A stretch of DNA of 64,000 nucleotides, from assembly GCA_965215335.1 (NCBI GenBank), contig CBDCDA010000002.1, positions 896,001-960,000 of the forward strand, given 5' to 3'. Of this stretch, positions 60,920 to 64,000 are shown in pieces. Both the position numbers and the translations under genes were made by a program. The notes under the pieces were generated by a model. It made no database searches. It was not told the origin of the DNA and worked only from the letters and a program-made list of their open reading frames with translations. Every line of letters starts with the position of its first letter. The first letter of the stretch is position 1. The DNA is from an uncultured Candidatus Entotheonella sp. Lineage in GTDB: Bacteria > Tectomicrobia > Entotheonellia > Entotheonellales > Entotheonellaceae.

Positions 60920-62758
60920 TCAGCCGAGCTGGTACTCGGGCTGGCTCATGATGAGATGGGCGAGCATGCGCAGGGGCGCTTCCAGGTACGTCTCGGCCTC
61001 GGCGATGTCGGAGGTTCCCAGTTCGCCGTCCAGAAAGGTGACCAGCAGGTCCCGTTCCGTCTTGCCGAGTGGCGCCCGCATGAAGCGCTTGAGGAAGTAG
61101 TCCACCACCTCCTCGGTATTGCGCAGCCCTGCTTCCATGACCATGGCGCTCAGGTTGATCCCCGCCGTATGGCGCGGCAGCGGCTTCACCCGATCGATAG
61201 CCATTTGCCAACCCCGGTAGCTGCCATAGCGCGTATTGAAATCCTCGTCGCGGTCGGCCATCATGTTCGATTCGGCCATCATCATGCCGCCGTTGCCGTA
61301 TCCCGGCAGGGTGGCGCTGGTGATGTCGAATCCCTGCTTGATGCGGGCGTGCACCTCGCGCAGCATCAGGCTGGACTGATAGCGGTCGTGGGCGATGAAG
61401 TCGATGTCCGGGAAGAGCACGGCGCGGGCGAAATTGCCCCGCTCCAGCAGCAGCCCGGGGGTGATCCAGCTACGCCCGTGTGCCCAGCCCGCCACGGTGG
61501 GCGGCCAGAACAGCTCCTGCCCCAGCGCGGTGACGACCAGGTTGAAATCGGGAATACCCGGAACCTCATCGACGCCCAGTTTCTTGTAGGTGGACACCAC
61601 CAGCTCCGTCGGGCTCTTGATGTGGGTTCCCATGCTGGCGGGGCTGTAGAAGTCCCTGGACAGGAAGACCGTTTGCAACAGCGGTTTCATCTCGTAGTTG
61701 TTGTCGCGCAAGGTCGCAGCCAGCTCGTGGTTCAGGTCCGGGGAGAGTTCCTGCCGCACCAGGTAGCGATAGAGCTTGGCGGCCATGAACTCGGCGGTGG
61801 CGGGCTGCGCCATGATCAGGTCGATGATCTCCACACCGTCAAAGCTGCCCTCATGGCCAAGGAAGCTCTTGGCGCCGTCGTCGTGCTGCGCCGCGTTGAC
61901 CACGAACGTCAGGTCATCGGCGTTCCAGCCGGTGAAAGCCCGAGCCGCCTCGCGGATGTCCTGTTCGGTATAATTGCCCACGCCCATGGTAAAGAGTTCC
62001 ATGATCTCGCGGGCGAAATTTTCGTTCGGCGCGCCCTTGACGTTGACCCCGGCGTCGAGGAAGTAGAGCATCGCCGGGTCCTGCGCCACGGCGACCACGA
62101 GGTCGCGGAAGTTGCCGGTGGCGTGGCGCCGGAAGGTTTCATTCTGCAGCAGCATCTTGCGGTAGTCGCGCACCTTGGCCTCGCTGGTGGCGAAGTGGCC
62201 GTGCCAGAACAGCGCCATCTTCTCCTCGAGCGGTCGGCTGGTGTCGAGCATACGGTTGGCCCACCAGTACGCCACCCGCCGGGTTTCCAGCATACTGGCG
62301 CGCAGCCAGTAGAAGAACTTGTTGACCACCGGCTGCAGGCGCCGATTGCCCGACGGCTTCACCTTCACCCCCAACGCCTCGCCGTTGTCCCTGGCGAGCC
62401 GGGTGGTGGCCGGGCGGCTGGGCGGGAAGGGCACCAGACCGGGGTCGTGGACCCCGGATTCGTCGAACGGTGGCAGGTGGCCGTTCTCAATCGATTCGTA
62501 GTGCACCAGGAGCCGCACCGCTTCTTCCGGCGTCATCGCGGCCAGCCGTTCGATTTCTTCGGGGGTACCGCCGAAACCGGCGCGCTCCAGCAAGTGCGCT
62601 GCGCGGTCGTAGCTCCACTCGTTCGACGCAATGGGCGACAGGTCGCCCTGCCAATCGACCGGTCCCGGTCCAAGGTGGGTACGCTCGGCGGCGTCTGCGG
62701 CAGGCGACAGCGGCATCAGCAGCGCCACCAAGCCGGCGAGAAGACCGTGGAACAACAT
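60920..62758 (-). CDS. DUF1800 family protein
   Basis: AAHLLERAGFG, LFWHGHFAT, PNENFAREIMELFTMG, YTEQDI, PPTVAGW, PEYQL. Confidence 0.93.
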   Translation of the reverse strand: MLFHGLLAGLVALLMPLSPAADAAERTHLGPGPVDWQGDLSPIASNEWSYDRAAHLLERAGFGGTPEEIERLAAMTPEEAVRLLVHYESIENGHLPPFDESGVHDPGLVPFPPSRPATTRLARDNGEALGVKVKPSGNRRLQPVVNKFFYWLRASMLETRRVAYWWANRMLDTSRPLEEKMALFWHGHFATSEAKVRDYRKMLLQNETFRRHATGNFRDLVVAVAQDPAMLYFLDAGVNVKGAPNENFAREIMELFTMGVGNYTEQDIREAARAFTGWNADDLTFVVNAAQHDDGAKSFLGHEGSFDGVEIIDLIMAQPATAEFMAAKLYRYLVRQELSPDLNHELAATLRDNNYEMKPLLQTVFLSRDFYSPASMGTHIKSPTELVVSTYKKLGVDEVPGIPDFNLVVTALGQELFWPPTVAGWAHGRSWITPGLLLERGNFARAVLFPDIDFIAHDRYQSSLMLREVHARIKQGFDITSATLPGYGNGGMMMAESNMMADRDEDFNTRYGSYRGWQMAIDRVKPLPRHTAGINLSAMVMEAGLRNTEEVVDYFLKRFMRAPLGKTERDLLVTFLDGELGTSDIAEAETYLEAPLRMLAHLIMSQPEYQLG

Positions 62759-62993
62759 GGGGGTGCCTCCTGTGGTTTGCGTGGATTCGCGCCGGAGCCT
62801 CGGCGGAGGTCGGCGTTACGGAAAGGTCATTGGACGGGAAGCGTACGTGACAGTTTATATAGCATACGGCAGCCGGGATTGCCAAAACCCTGAACTTCTC
62901 CAGCCAGAGCATTTCCGTATCAGGTTACATCGTCTGCATGGCGTTGGGGCTCCCCCCGCCGGCTCGCCTGCAGGGGGGGTGGCGGAGCAGGCG

Positions 62994-64000
62994 CTACGGC
63001 TGCTTGTCGCCCCAGTAATAATCGGCGATGGTGTCATACGGACTCATGAACAGCCGCGCCGGAACCACGAGTTCGGCGTAGGCTCGCTGCGAGTCCAGCA
63101 CTTTCTTGAAGAATGGGTCCCTGGCGGATTCGCGTCGTGCGATCTTGTCCCACGATTTCAGGTGCGCCAGGAGGATATCGTCGGGCGTTTTGACCAAGGT
63201 CACGCCGCGTTTGTCGGTAAAGGTATTCAGCGCTTCGGCGTCCATGCGGTTGAACTCCAGAAGCGACTGGAAGGCGGCCTGGAAGGCCGCCGCCTTGACG
63301 ATGGCCTGCAGGTCGGGCGACAGGCCGTCCCAGACGTCCTTGTTGATCAGCAAGTCGCAGGAGCCGGCCGTCTCGTGCGCACCGGGGTAGTGGTAGAACT
63401 TCCACACCGTATCGAATCCCTGCCGCAGGTCCTCCGCCGGGGTGTACCATTCGGTGGCGTCCAGCACACCGCGTTCGCCGGCCGGCAGCACCTCACCGCC
63501 CGGCAGGGTGACGACGGAAAGCCCCATGTCCTTGTACACCTCGGAGGCCAGGCCGGGAACCCGGTACTTGAGTCCCTTGAGTTCGTCAACGCCCTGCAGC
63601 GGCATTTTGAACCAGCCGAGCGACTGGGTCGTGGTGGGGAAAATGGGGAAGGCGACGATGTTCATGCCGAGAATTTGCTGATAGAACTCGTTCAGGAGTT
63701 CGAAGCCGCCGCCCTGGAATTCCCAGCCCCAGAAGTCGATGGTGCTCATCCCGAAGGGGCCGCCGGGAACGGAGGTGAACAGGGCCGCCGCCATGTGCTT
63801 GCCCATGAAGTAATACGTGCAGGTATGGGCGCCGTCCAGAACGCCGCGGTGGGTGGCGTCGGCCACGTCGAAGGCGCCAACGATGGCGCCTGCCGGAAAC
63901 CCGTCGATCTTTATCCGACCTCCCGACATCTGTTCGACGCCCTGGGCGAACTTCTGCATGTTGGTGAACAGCAGGCTGGAGGGCGGAAAGCTCGCCTGAA
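62994..64000 (-). CDS. TRAP transporter substrate-binding protein (5' end outside window)
   Basis: MSGGRI, LPGGEVLPAGERGVLDATEW, DPFFKKVLDSQRAYA; paralog of 43979-45100. Confidence 0.9.
   Translation of the reverse strand, partial: QASFPPSSLLFTNMQKFAQGVEQMSGGRIKIDGFPAGAIVGAFDVADATHRGVLDGAHTCTYYFMGKHMAAALFTSVPGGPFGMSTIDFWGWEFQGGGFELLNEFYQQILGMNIVAFPIFPTTTQSLGWFKMPLQGVDELKGLKYRVPGLASEVYKDMGLSVVTLPGGEVLPAGERGVLDATEWYTPAEDLRQGFDTVWKFYHYPGAHETAGSCDLLINKDVWDGLSPDLQAIVKAAAFQAAFQSLLEFNRMDAEALNTFTDKRGVTLVKTPDDILLAHLKSWDKIARRESARDPFFKKVLDSQRAYAELVVPARLFMSPYDTIADYYWGDKQP

Overview
High-GC bacterial DNA with two compositionally different parts. (1) Positions 1-8172 are an accessory, phage/plasmid-like segment with strong C>G and A>T skew on the + strand. 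It carries a RecD2-like helicase split at its Walker A motif by an IS5-family element, a phage-type HD nucleotidase, a Slam-like outer-membrane protein, small membrane-anchored coiled-coil genes and a SAM methyltransferase. A decayed IS66 element (8173-9700) without a target duplication joins it to (2) a chromosomal-looking block. That block begins with a broken type I R-M locus (truncated hsdM, frameshifted hsdR). It continues with a partial type II secretion operon (gspA/B-like/C/D/E), recJ, tRNA-Gly, flavin/F420-type oxidoreductases, a peptidoglycan-recycling cluster (ldcA, serine hydrolase, mpl) and metH followed by two Rieske proteins. Further on are a CocE/NonD hydrolase, TRAP binding proteins, an atypical PQQ dehydrogenase with cytochrome c, tRNA-Phe, a hidden CxxU selenoprotein with a SECIS-like hairpin, aceE-aceF-lpdA, a PhyH/PanE/hydantoinase trio, a cyclophilin, a YceI protein and a DUF1800/DUF1501 pair. 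The gene repertoire suggests a Tectomicrobia/Entotheonella-like (possibly sponge-associated) organism; this is inference only. All product calls come from motif recognition by eye; no database search was run.
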